Source: Candidatus Spongiisociaceae bacterium
GTDB taxonomy: Bacteria; Actinomycetota; Acidimicrobiia; Spongiisociales; Spongiisociaceae
Assembly: GCA_965262915.1 (NCBI GenBank)
Contig: OZ253564.1
Location: 2,944,001 to 3,008,000, forward strand
Direction: 5' to 3'
DNA length: 64,000 nucleotides
Made by a program: the position numbers and the translations under genes
Shown: one piece after another, positions 53,348-61,395 of the stretch
Numbering within the stretch: position 1 is the first letter of the stretch
How the letters are laid out: every line of letters begins with the position of its first letter
Notes under the pieces: generated by a model
What the model was told of the DNA's origin: nothing
Databases searched by the model: none
What the model saw: the letters and a program-made list of their open reading frames with translations, nothing else

Positions 53348-54223
53348 GTGCCGGAGCGTGCTGCCGCGGTCGAGTTCCGCGTTTCGGGTCGCACCCTTGT
53401 AGGGGAGGCCATCCGTTACAACCAGCAGGCCCGTGACCGGGCGGAACTGTTCGAGTCGGGAGCGTTCCAACCCATAGGGGACGTGACCCTCAACTTACAG
53501 CACGACCCGGAACGGGTGATCGCTGACACCAGGGCCGGAACGTTGCGGATCGACGACAGTCCCGACGCTCTCCGACTCGAAGCCGATCTGCGGGAGAACT
53601 CGGCGGAACTGGCGCTCGTGAGACGCCGCGCTCTGCGTGGCCTGAGCGTCGAGTTCCGCTGCCGGTCCGAACGGCGAGACGACGGCCTGCGGGTAGTCGA
53701 GAAGGCCGACCTTCCCGCTATCGGGCTGGTCGACTCAGGTAGCTACCGGACCGGTGTCGAACTACGGGCCGCGTTCGGCGACGCCTGGTTGACTGCCGAG
53801 ATTCGGTTTGGTACCCGGATGCAATGCCAATGTCAGGGGCTGACCTGCACCGATGTCGAGTTCGAGCCCGGAGCGTTCACCGACCTGATGGAGCGCCGCG
53901 ATGTCCTAGCTGTCGGCGGTGGCGGATTTGCCAACGTGTTGGGCTCTACCCGCCGGGGAACGCTGCTGGTCGAGCAGACCGACAAGGGTCTCCGGGTTGG
54001 GTTGACCAACCAGCAGACGGACACGGCCCGGCGAGTGATCGAAGCCGCCGCGGTTGCTGACATCTTCGTGCGGCCGCTGATCGACGTTGAACAGTCCGAG
54101 TACCAGGATGAGGGCACCACCAGACGCTACACACGGGCTGTCACACGGGCGCTACTGGTCAAACCAACCCCCGACCAGCCGAGGCCACCGGGCAGCCCGT
54201 GTACGGGGCGTACAGACCCGTAG
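53348..54223 (+). CDS. HK97-family prohead protease with a duplicated second domain
   Basis: LVGEAIRYN, ELFESGAF, NLQHD (His), GLSVEF (Ser), GLVDSGSY. Confidence 0.8.
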   Translation: MPERAAAVEFRVSGRTLVGEAIRYNQQARDRAELFESGAFQPIGDVTLNLQHDPERVIADTRAGTLRIDDSPDALRLEADLRENSAELALVRRRALRGLSVEFRCRSERRDDGLRVVEKADLPAIGLVDSGSYRTGVELRAAFGDAWLTAEIRFGTRMQCQCQGLTCTDVEFEPGAFTDLMERRDVLAVGGGGFANVLGSTRRGTLLVEQTDKGLRVGLTNQQTDTARRVIEAAAVADIFVRPLIDVEQSEYQDEGTTRRYTRAVTRALLVKPTPDQPRPPGSPCTGRTDP

Positions 54224-54232
54224 GAGGCGGCT

Positions 54233-54547
54233 GTGGCTGTAACCCTCACCGCGCAGCAGCTCGCGGACGAGACCAGCGCAGACCTCGACCGGGCTACTCG
54301 TGTGCTCGCCGTTGCCCGCCGGATGGTCGAGGACTACGCGCCGCTCGCACCGTCTGAGATACAGGACGAAGCCGCAATCCGGTTCGGCGGCTATCTGCTC
54401 AGCAGTGACTACGGCGCGGTTCGTGACGAGTCGATAGGGCCTATGTCGGTGTCCTATGTGGTCAACCATTCCAGCGCTTTCAGAAACTCCGGTGCGGCCA
54501 TGTTGCTGACCAGGTACAAGCAGCGAAGAGCCGGGACTGTCGGATGA
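54233..54547 (+). CDS. putative head-tail connector / head completion protein
   Basis: ~100 aa helical; APSEIQDEAAIR, ESIGPMSVSY, AMLLTRYK; lies between protease and portal. Confidence 0.6.
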   Translation: MAVTLTAQQLADETSADLDRATRVLAVARRMVEDYAPLAPSEIQDEAAIRFGGYLLSSDYGAVRDESIGPMSVSYVVNHSSAFRNSGAAMLLTRYKQRRAGTVG

Positions 54548-55608
54548 GATGGCCGTGGACCCGTACCGAGAAGCGCGACTCGGGTGGCGACTTCTCCGAC
54601 GCAGTGGTACGTCTCATCGAGGCGCAGGCCGCAGGCACAGCAGCCGACGCCAGCAGCACTGCCGGTGTGGAAGCAGCAGCCGGTGCCCTCTCCCGATCCT
54701 TCGCCGCCGCCACCGTAGAAGCCGAACCCTGGGCACGGGAAGCCGTCACCCCGGTTGTGCTGGCTCAGATCGGCCGTGACCTCGTAAGGTCCGGCGATTC
54801 ACTGCACGTCATCCAGGTGGTCGGCGGCCGGGCGAAACTGATTCCGTGTTCCTCGTGGCATTGGGAAGGTAGCCATGATCCGGACACCTGGACCGTGCGG
54901 GCAACCGCCTACGGGCCTTCCACGTCCACCACCTGGAACCTTCCCGCGTCTGGTGTCGTGTTCGTCCGTTGGGGATCAACACCCGGCCAGCCGTATGTTG
55001 GGGTAGGGCCTACATCGTGGGCGCAGACCACCGCCCGCCTCCAATCCCAAGCCGAGAAGGCGCTGGCCGACGAGTCCGGCGGGCCTATCACCAACCTGCT
55101 GCCCGTTCCCCAAGACGGTGGCGACGGGTCCGACACGGACCCTCTCGCACCGCTCAAGGCCGACATAGCAGCAGCCCGCGGCCGGGCGGTACTCGTCGAA
55201 ACCACATCGGCCGGATGGGGCGAGGGGAAGATGGCAGCACCACAAGCCGACTGGCAGGTACGACGCCTCGGCCCGAACCCCACCCAAGTACAAGCCACCG
55301 TCGCGCAGCAAGCCTTCGAGCGCACCCTCGCCGCCTGCGGCGTGCCACCGTCACTGTTCATTAGCGACGACGGCACCGCACAGCGTGAAGCCGTCCGACG
55401 CTGGCACCTGGGAACCGTCATCCCCCTCGCCGACCTGGCGGCCTGGGAACTGGCCGCCAAGCTCGAAACGCCGGTCACGCTCCGCTTCGACAGCTACCCG
55501 CTCGACCTCGCGGGAAGGGCGCAGGCGTTCCAGAAACTCGTCGCCGGGGGCATGGACACCGACCGTGCATTGCAGATATCCGGGCTGATGGTTGACGATG
55601 CCGCGTAG
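54544..55608 (+). CDS. phage portal protein
   Basis: MRWPW...EKR N-terminus, DLVRSGDS, AACGVPPSL, TVIPLA...ELAAKL. Confidence 0.75.
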   Translation: MRWPWTRTEKRDSGGDFSDAVVRLIEAQAAGTAADASSTAGVEAAAGALSRSFAAATVEAEPWAREAVTPVVLAQIGRDLVRSGDSLHVIQVVGGRAKLIPCSSWHWEGSHDPDTWTVRATAYGPSTSTTWNLPASGVVFVRWGSTPGQPYVGVGPTSWAQTTARLQSQAEKALADESGGPITNLLPVPQDGGDGSDTDPLAPLKADIAAARGRAVLVETTSAGWGEGKMAAPQADWQVRRLGPNPTQVQATVAQQAFERTLAACGVPPSLFISDDGTAQREAVRRWHLGTVIPLADLAAWELAAKLETPVTLRFDSYPLDLAGRAQAFQKLVAGGMDTDRALQISGLMVDDAA

Positions 55609-56059
55609 ATGCGAACTCGACGGCTGCGACAACCCCTACCTGGCCCGGGGCATGTGCAACAAGCACTACCTACGATGGAAAACCCGCGGTGGCAAGACCA
55701 GGCCACGACCCGCGCTGTGGTCACCCGAGGAAGACAGGTTGCTGCTCGCTGCCGGGTTGACACCCCACACCGAACGATGGTCTGGCGAGTCCCGCTTGCG
55801 TGATGTTGCCCGCGAGCTTGGCCGCACCGAGACGGCATGCTGCACCCGTCTCAACCGGCTGATGAAGCGGGCCGGACATGCAGGCGGCCAGTGGACCGTC
55901 GAAGGTCTCTGGACCCCGGAGGAAGACGCAGTGATCCTCGAACAGGCAGCCTCAGGACAGCCCGACTGGATCGCTACCGGCCGCTTGCTGGGTCGAACCC
56001 GTGCGGCGTGCGCGGTCCGGGCCTACAACCTCCGCAAGCAGGAGCGTCTCGCTAGCTGA
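55598..56059 (+). CDS. zinc-finger plus two Myb/SANT-like repeat protein
   Basis: C-x4-C-x9-C-x2-H, then WSPEEDRLL...VARELGRTETAC and WTPEEDAVIL...W...LGRTRAAC. Confidence 0.75.
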   Translation: MPRRCELDGCDNPYLARGMCNKHYLRWKTRGGKTRPRPALWSPEEDRLLLAAGLTPHTERWSGESRLRDVARELGRTETACCTRLNRLMKRAGHAGGQWTVEGLWTPEEDAVILEQAASGQPDWIATGRLLGRTRAACAVRAYNLRKQERLAS

Positions 56060-56201
56060 TGTCCGCGGGCGCGATCTCCGGGCTGGTGGCCGATGGGTTA
56101 GCAACTCCGCTGGCGCTCATCCGAAAACACGTTGGCATAGCGGAAGTGGTAATCGGAACTTCCGAAAACGCCGTGACCTGGGGAAACACTCCCTTGCTGG
56201 A

Positions 56202-56265
56202 CTTCCACGCTGACGGCACGCGCCTTCACTCCGACCAGCGCTACAGAATTGGTTGATGCAAACAT
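56202..56265 (-). pseudogene. comM: comM 5' fragment
   Basis: MFASTNSVALVGVKARAVSVE, in frame with SVEAHVGGG at the other junction. Confidence 0.88.
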
Positions 56266-56459
56266 GTCGATAAGGATAGAGAGAGGGTGTGACACACAGT
56301 TGGCTGGCGATAGTTAGTTGCTGTTAAATGTCCGTAGAGGATGGCCGACCGGCCGGGTGGAGCGTGCCGGGGGGTCTTGGAGAGGTGGGTACACGGCGCC
56401 GGTAGGTATGGGGATCGCCGGTAGGCATGGAAATCGACGGTTAGGAGTCAGGAACCCGG

Positions 56460-56654
56460 CTACGGGTACGGGGGCCTGCCGGTCAGCCGGCGCTGCTCCT
56501 TGTGCCAGCATCCGTGATGCCAGTGCCTGCGCAGGTCGGGTGCGTCCTCTGGGACGACCACCAGATGGAATCTGCCAACGGCGATCACGCCTTCGCATCC
56601 CGGACAGCGGTAGGCCTTGGTAGCCGATCCGGGTTGCACGTGACGAACGCTCAA
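56460..56654 (-). CDS. small Cys/His-containing protein of a type common in actinobacteria
   Basis: KAYRCPGCEGVI...HLVVVP...RRHWHHGCW. Confidence 0.75.
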   Translation of the reverse strand: MSVRHVQPGSATKAYRCPGCEGVIAVGRFHLVVVPEDAPDLRRHWHHGCWHKEQRRLTGRPPYP

Positions 56655-56764
56655 CCGCCCAGAAATGCCCATGCGACCAAGGCTGCGGTCAGAACCAGTG
56701 CTCCCACCACCATGGCTATGTCGGCGGCGCGGTGCTGCTGCTTTCGAAACGGATTGAACCCCAT
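56651..56764 (-). CDS. 37-aa single-TM protein (below the ORF-track cutoff)
   Basis: MGFNPFRKQQHRAADIAMVVGALVLTAALVAWAFLGG; its stop overlaps the next TTG start. Confidence 0.6.
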   Translation of the reverse strand: MGFNPFRKQQHRAADIAMVVGALVLTAALVAWAFLGG

Positions 56765-56877
56765 GCTCCGATGCTATCGCAGAAAGGCAGGCTTACCGAG
56801 ACACGGAAAGACGCCCGACCGCGACGAGCCTACGCAACCAAGACCCGACCTCATCCCACCGACCACCGACCATCTAC

Positions 56878-57225
56878 TCAGGCCACCCGACGGTGCCACT
56901 CGATCCCGACTCCGTCGGCGCCGACCACGACCGTGACGAGATCCACCCTGCGGACCCCTATGGAACGGGCCATCCGAGCCACCCGGCTCGCCTTGCGGTC
57001 CGTGAAGTTCCATCGCGGGTGATCCCTGACCGGGTGGCTTCCTGACTTGACCTCCACGACGAACCTTCCGTCGTCGTCCTCGGCGATCAGATCGATCTCG
57101 CCGCGGCCGACGGTCACGTTGTGCCGGACGATCCTCACGCCGTTGCGAACCAGGAACGAGGCGGCGGCCCACTCCCCGAACGCGCCCAGGCGTCGACGAT
57201 GGGCGGCGAGTGCGTCATCCGGCAT
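56878..57225 (-). CDS. yraN: YraN family PD-(D/E)xK protein
   Basis: LGAFGEWAA, GEIDLIA, VEVK; usual neighbour of comM-dprA. Confidence 0.88.
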   Translation of the reverse strand: MPDDALAAHRRRLGAFGEWAAASFLVRNGVRIVRHNVTVGRGEIDLIAEDDDGRFVVEVKSGSHPVRDHPRWNFTDRKASRVARMARSIGVRRVDLVTVVVGADGVGIEWHRRVA

Positions 57226-57399
57226 ATCGGCGGTCCTCCAGGGTGTAGGTGCTCCTGCAGAGCGATGCTACGGCGGCCCTGTGACAGACCCGATCGCATG
57301 CCTCGTCCGCGTGGTCGGTGGATGATCGTCAGGAAGGTGTGTCCAGGAGTGCGGACCCGAGAGAACGGCCGGTTGGAGCCTCGGCCGGTGGAATGAGGG

Positions 57400-58095
57400 T
57401 CACAGGCCCTCCCAGCGCGAGAGTGGCCAGATCCGGACGAATGCCCTGCCGACCACCTCGTCTATGGGAACCGGCCCGAAACGGCGGCTGTCCTGGCTGT
57501 TGTTGCGGTTGTCACCCATCACCCACACGTGGTCGGTCGGTATGTAGACGGGCGCCCTGTCCCGCATCTTGAATCCGGGTGCCAGGTAGGGCTCGTCGAG
57601 CGGAACACCGTTCAAGAGCACCTGGTTGTTCCGTATCTCCAGCCGGTCCCCCCCGACCGCGATCACCCGCTTTATGAGGTCCTCCACGTAGGTGGTCCTG
57701 ATCCCGACCGCCTCGAGGACGTTGCGCGTCACCTTCTGCGGGAAGGATTCCTGCAGATCATCCGTGATCAGGGGGGAATCGAAGACGATGACATCCCCTT
57801 GTTCCGGACCGTTGAACCTGTAGGCGATCTTGCTGACCAGTACCCGGTCGTCGATCTCCAAGGTCGGAATCATCGATGGTGAGGGGATGAAGAAGGCCTG
57901 AAGGAGGAAGGTCTTTATCAGCACGGCCAGGAGGAGGGCCATCAGAAGCACGCCGGGCAAGTCGCGCAGGAACCTGGTCCATCCCCCGGGCCGCGTCCGG
58001 CGACCGGAATGGGTGTCCGGAGCATGGGGCGGACCGTCTGGCCGGTCGGTGTCCGTGGGCCCGCCCAAAGACAGGTGCTCGATTCGCCCGTTCAT
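57400..58095 (-). CDS. lepB: signal peptidase I
   Basis: IPSPSMIPTL, LIKRVIA, MGDNRNNSQDSR. Confidence 0.95.
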   Translation of the reverse strand: MNGRIEHLSLGGPTDTDRPDGPPHAPDTHSGRRTRPGGWTRFLRDLPGVLLMALLLAVLIKTFLLQAFFIPSPSMIPTLEIDDRVLVSKIAYRFNGPEQGDVIVFDSPLITDDLQESFPQKVTRNVLEAVGIRTTYVEDLIKRVIAVGGDRLEIRNNQVLLNGVPLDEPYLAPGFKMRDRAPVYIPTDHVWVMGDNRNNSQDSRRFGPVPIDEVVGRAFVRIWPLSRWEGL

Positions 58096-58143
58096 CGAGA
58101 TCCGACCATGGCCCCGCGTCCGGCGCCCGGCCTCGTGGGCCGG

Positions 58144-58485
58144 CTAGCGCCTCTCCTTGATACGGGCTGCTTTGCCTACCCGGCCCCGCAGGTAGTACAG
58201 CTTGGCCCTGCGCACGCGGCCCCGGCGCGCCACCTCGATCTTCTGGATGATCGGGGCGTGGACCGGGAAGACCCGCTCCACACCGATGCCGAAACTGATC
58301 TTGCGCACGGTGAAGGTCTCCGAGAGGCCGGCGCCGTCGCGGGCGATGACCACCCCTACGAACAACTGGATGCGTTCCCGGCCGCCTTCGACCACGCGGA
58401 CGTTGATCCGGACGGTATCGCCGGGACGGAAATCCGGAACGTCGTCGCGCAGGTGGGCGCGCTCAACATACTGGAGGTCGTTCAT
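58144..58485 (-). CDS. rplS: 50S ribosomal protein L19
   Basis: [31 protein letters not shown]. Confidence 0.98.
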   Translation of the reverse strand: MNDLQYVERAHLRDDVPDFRPGDTVRINVRVVEGGRERIQLFVGVVIARDGAGLSETFTVRKISFGIGVERVFPVHAPIIQKIEVARRGRVRRAKLYYLRGRVGKAARIKERR

Positions 58486-58615
58486 CCAGGTCTCCTCACG
58501 ATCGCGATCCTGGTGGTCCCGCGACCCGGCTGGTTAGAGGGCTCGTGGGGTCTGCTGCGGAACGTGTCCGCGCCAGCACTGTAGTCTACCGCAGTTTCCC
58601 CCGCCTTACGAATAA

Positions 58616-58760
58616 GAGGGTACGCGGGTAGGCGGAGCGCGATCGCCCTTGAAGTCACTCCCCTTTCGGCTGCCGACCGGGAAACCCCCTGGTCATCGTG
58701 GTCGTCGCATCAACTGTCGCAAGCCGTGTCCCCTCCGGTGAGCAACTATCCACCCACCTC
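58616..58760. mobile_element. MITE family A, diverged copy
   Basis: gagggtacgcgggtaggcggagcgcg...; aligns by eye with 17610-17753. Confidence 0.7.
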
Positions 58761-58786
58761 GTGGCCACCCGATACCTCGGCGGTGG

Positions 58787-59449
58787 TCACTCCAACAGGT
58801 CGGGCCGCCGGGCCCGGGTACGTTCGAGACGCTGTTCGGCTCGCCATGCGGCTATCCGGCCGTGATCCCCCGAGAGCAACACCTCGGGTACCGGATGGTC
58901 ACCGAAGACGGCCGGTCTCGTGTACTGGGGTTCCTCGAGGAGCCCGTCGCGGAAGGACTCCATCTCGGTGGAGCGGGGATTACCCAGCACTCCTGGCAGC
59001 AGCCGGGCGACTCCCTCGATCACCGCCAGGGCCGCCGCCTCACCCCCGGCCAGGACGAAATCACCCAGGGAGACCTCTTCGTCGATGAAGTGTCGGGCGA
59101 AGCGGTCGTCGACCCCCTCGTACCGCCCGCATACGAGGGTCAGGGAGTCCAGGTTCGCCCACCGATCGAGCGTGGCCTGGTCGAGAGGACTCCCCACCGG
59201 GGTGAGCAGGACCCTGATCGAGTCGTCACGGCCCTCGATGGCGTCTGCCAATGGTCCGGCCATCAGCACCATTCCGGCGCCGCCACCGAACGGGGCATCG
59301 TCCACCTGGCGGTAGCTACCGACTCCGAAGTCGCGGAGGGGTACGATTTCCATGTGGAGGGCGCCGGTCTCGACTGCCTTGGCCACCACCCCGATACCGA
59401 GCGGACCGTCGAAAAAGTCCGGAAAGAGGGTGATAACGGCTATGTGCAT
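58787..59449 (-). CDS. trmD: tRNA (guanine-N1)-methyltransferase
   Basis: ITLFP, VDDAPFGGGAGMV, CGRYEGVD, SLGDFVLAGGE, PQYTRP. Confidence 0.97.
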   Translation of the reverse strand: MHIAVITLFPDFFDGPLGIGVVAKAVETGALHMEIVPLRDFGVGSYRQVDDAPFGGGAGMVLMAGPLADAIEGRDDSIRVLLTPVGSPLDQATLDRWANLDSLTLVCGRYEGVDDRFARHFIDEEVSLGDFVLAGGEAAALAVIEGVARLLPGVLGNPRSTEMESFRDGLLEEPQYTRPAVFGDHPVPEVLLSGDHGRIAAWRAEQRLERTRARRPDLLE

Positions 59450-59505
59450 CTCGTATCCACCTTAGGTCCGTGGTCGGTGGTCACCGGCCACCGGGCTACC
59501 GGTAG

Positions 59506-61395
59506 CTACCGCACAGGCTGGGGTACCTCGTCGAGGTATTCGTAGAGGGTGGATCGCCGCCTGGGGATGCGGCCTATCCGGGTGATGAGCTCCTCGAAGT
59601 CGTCCGCCAGCACCTCCTGGCCGTGGGATGCCCCCGCCGCCCGAGAGATAGTCTCGTTCATCAGCGTGCCCCCGAGGTCGTTGCACCCGACGTCCAGCAA
59701 CCTCGCGCCGCCCTCGAGCCCCAGCTTCACCCAGGAAGCCTGGATGTTGGGAACCAGTCCGTCGAGGGCCAACCGGGCCACCGCGTGCACCAGCACCACC
59801 TCGTCCCACGTGGGACCCGGTCGGGCCTTCCCCCGCAGGTAGATCGGGGCCCCCATATGCACGAAGGGAAGCGGCACCAACTCCGTGAAGCCACCGGTCC
59901 GTCGCTGGATCCGGCGGATGACCTCCAGGTGGTTGGCCCATGAGGTGGGGTCGTCGATATGCCCGAACATGATGGTGGAGGTCGACCTGAGGCCCAGTTC
60001 GTGGGCGATCAGCATCACCTCGGCCCACTGAGCGGTTCTGATCTTGTCCGGGCACAGGTGCTTGCGCACCCGATCGTCGAGGATCTCGGCCGCGGTACCC
60101 GGCAGCGTTCCGAGGCCGGCATCTTTGAGCATCTCCAGGAACGCCCTGACCGTCATACCGAGCGTCTCGGCTCCCTGCCACACCTCGAGCGGCGTGAACC
60201 CGTGCACGTGCATCTCGGGAACCGCCTCCTTGATGGACGACAGCACATCCACGTAGAAGGCGCCCGTGAAGCGCGGATGGATACCCCCTTGGAGACACAC
60301 CTCGGTGGCGCCCCGCGCGGCGGCCTCGGTGGTGCGGTCGACGACCTCCTCGACGGTCATCAGGTAGGGGTCGCCGCGCAGGTTGAGGCTGCGGGGGCCC
60401 TTGGAGAAGGCGCAGAAGCCGCACCGGAAGTAGCACACGTTGGTGTAGTTGATGTTGCGGTTCACCACGTAGGTGACGGTGTCCCCCACCCGCTCCTTCC
60501 GGAGCACATCGGCGGCCGCGGCGACAGCATCCACGTCGTCGCCGCGCGACGAGAGTAATTCCGCCGTCTCCGCCACCGTCGGAGGGGTTCCCGCCAGCGA
60601 TGCCTCGATGATGGTCCGCACCCGGGGTGAGGCGCCTGCCAGGCCGGGTGACGTCCCCCCCGTCCACAGCGCATCGGGCCACGCCACCGAGATCCGATGG
60701 GGGTTGAGGGGAGGCTCGATCGGCATCCCCGGCGCCCACGAGTAACGAGGCCGGGCGTGGCCGCAGGCGTCGACCAGGTCGAGGTAGACCTTGAAGAGTT
60801 TCCGGGAGAAAGACTTCCGCGCCTCGTCGACCGAGACCCCTCCGGGAACCGCCACCCGTTCCACCAACCGGCCGGAGAGAGCATCGCGCAGGTCGCCGAT
60901 ACGCTCGGTATCCCAGTCGCGCAGCAGCAGGTCACCGGCTCCCGCCTCGACCGCGGCGGCGGCGTCGGCCACCGAGTCGACGAAGACCGAGACACGAGCG
61001 TCCATGGCAGGCAGGCCGCAGATGTCGGCCGCTTCGGCCACCCTGCTACGGCCTGTGCGGAGGAAGGCGGCCTCGGTACGGGCCAGGGCGTCGACCACCG
61101 CGGCCCGATCGGGAGTGTGGGCGACCGTGAGTCGCCAGCCGGGAATCCCGGCGTCGGACAGTTCCAGCGCCTCCCCCGGCTCCACGACCCAGGCCATCAC
61201 CCCCTCGCCGCTATGCCCGGCCGCCACCGGCAGGACGCCGCCTGCCAAGCAGGCCGCCACCGATTCCGGGTCGGGCCGGTCCAGTTCCAGCGCCGTGGTG
61301 CCCTCTGCGCGGCGGGTCGCTGCGGTCGGCTCGGTCACCCCGGCGGCCGGCCGCAGCCTCAAGAAAGTGATGTTCCCGATCACGTCTTCGGTCAT
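59506..61395 (-). CDS. cofH: FO synthase subunit 2 with a long N-terminal extension
   Basis: VTYVVNRNINYTNVCYFRCGFCAFSK, CLQGGIHP, PGTAAEIL, NIQASWVK, GGTLMNETISR. Confidence 0.9.
   Translation of the reverse strand: MTEDVIGNITFLRLRPAAGVTEPTAATRRAEGTTALELDRPDPESVAACLAGGVLPVAAGHSGEGVMAWVVEPGEALELSDAGIPGWRLTVAHTPDRAAVVDALARTEAAFLRTGRSRVAEAADICGLPAMDARVSVFVDSVADAAAAVEAGAGDLLLRDWDTERIGDLRDALSGRLVERVAVPGGVSVDEARKSFSRKLFKVYLDLVDACGHARPRYSWAPGMPIEPPLNPHRISVAWPDALWTGGTSPGLAGASPRVRTIIEASLAGTPPTVAETAELLSSRGDDVDAVAAAADVLRKERVGDTVTYVVNRNINYTNVCYFRCGFCAFSKGPRSLNLRGDPYLMTVEEVVDRTTEAAARGATEVCLQGGIHPRFTGAFYVDVLSSIKEAVPEMHVHGFTPLEVWQGAETLGMTVRAFLEMLKDAGLGTLPGTAAEILDDRVRKHLCPDKIRTAQWAEVMLIAHELGLRSTSTIMFGHIDDPTSWANHLEVIRRIQRRTGGFTELVPLPFVHMGAPIYLRGKARPGPTWDEVVLVHAVARLALDGLVPNIQASWVKLGLEGGARLLDVGCNDLGGTLMNETISRAAGASHGQEVLADDFEELITRIGRIPRRRSTLYEYLDEVPQPVR

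Larger units (their letters stand above)
45678..56212. mobile_element. capsid-forming phage-satellite-like integrative element (10.5 kb) inserted in comM
   Basis: 11-bp direct repeat cttccacgctg at 45678-88 and 56202-12; int-alpA-helicase-terL-HNH-capsid-protease-connector-portal; no tail or lysin genes recognised. Confidence 0.88.

Noticed and set aside
45678-56212. Complete temperate prophage or gene transfer agent
   Set aside because: No tail or lysin genes recognised between the att sites; integrase, AlpA and replication module argue against a GTA.
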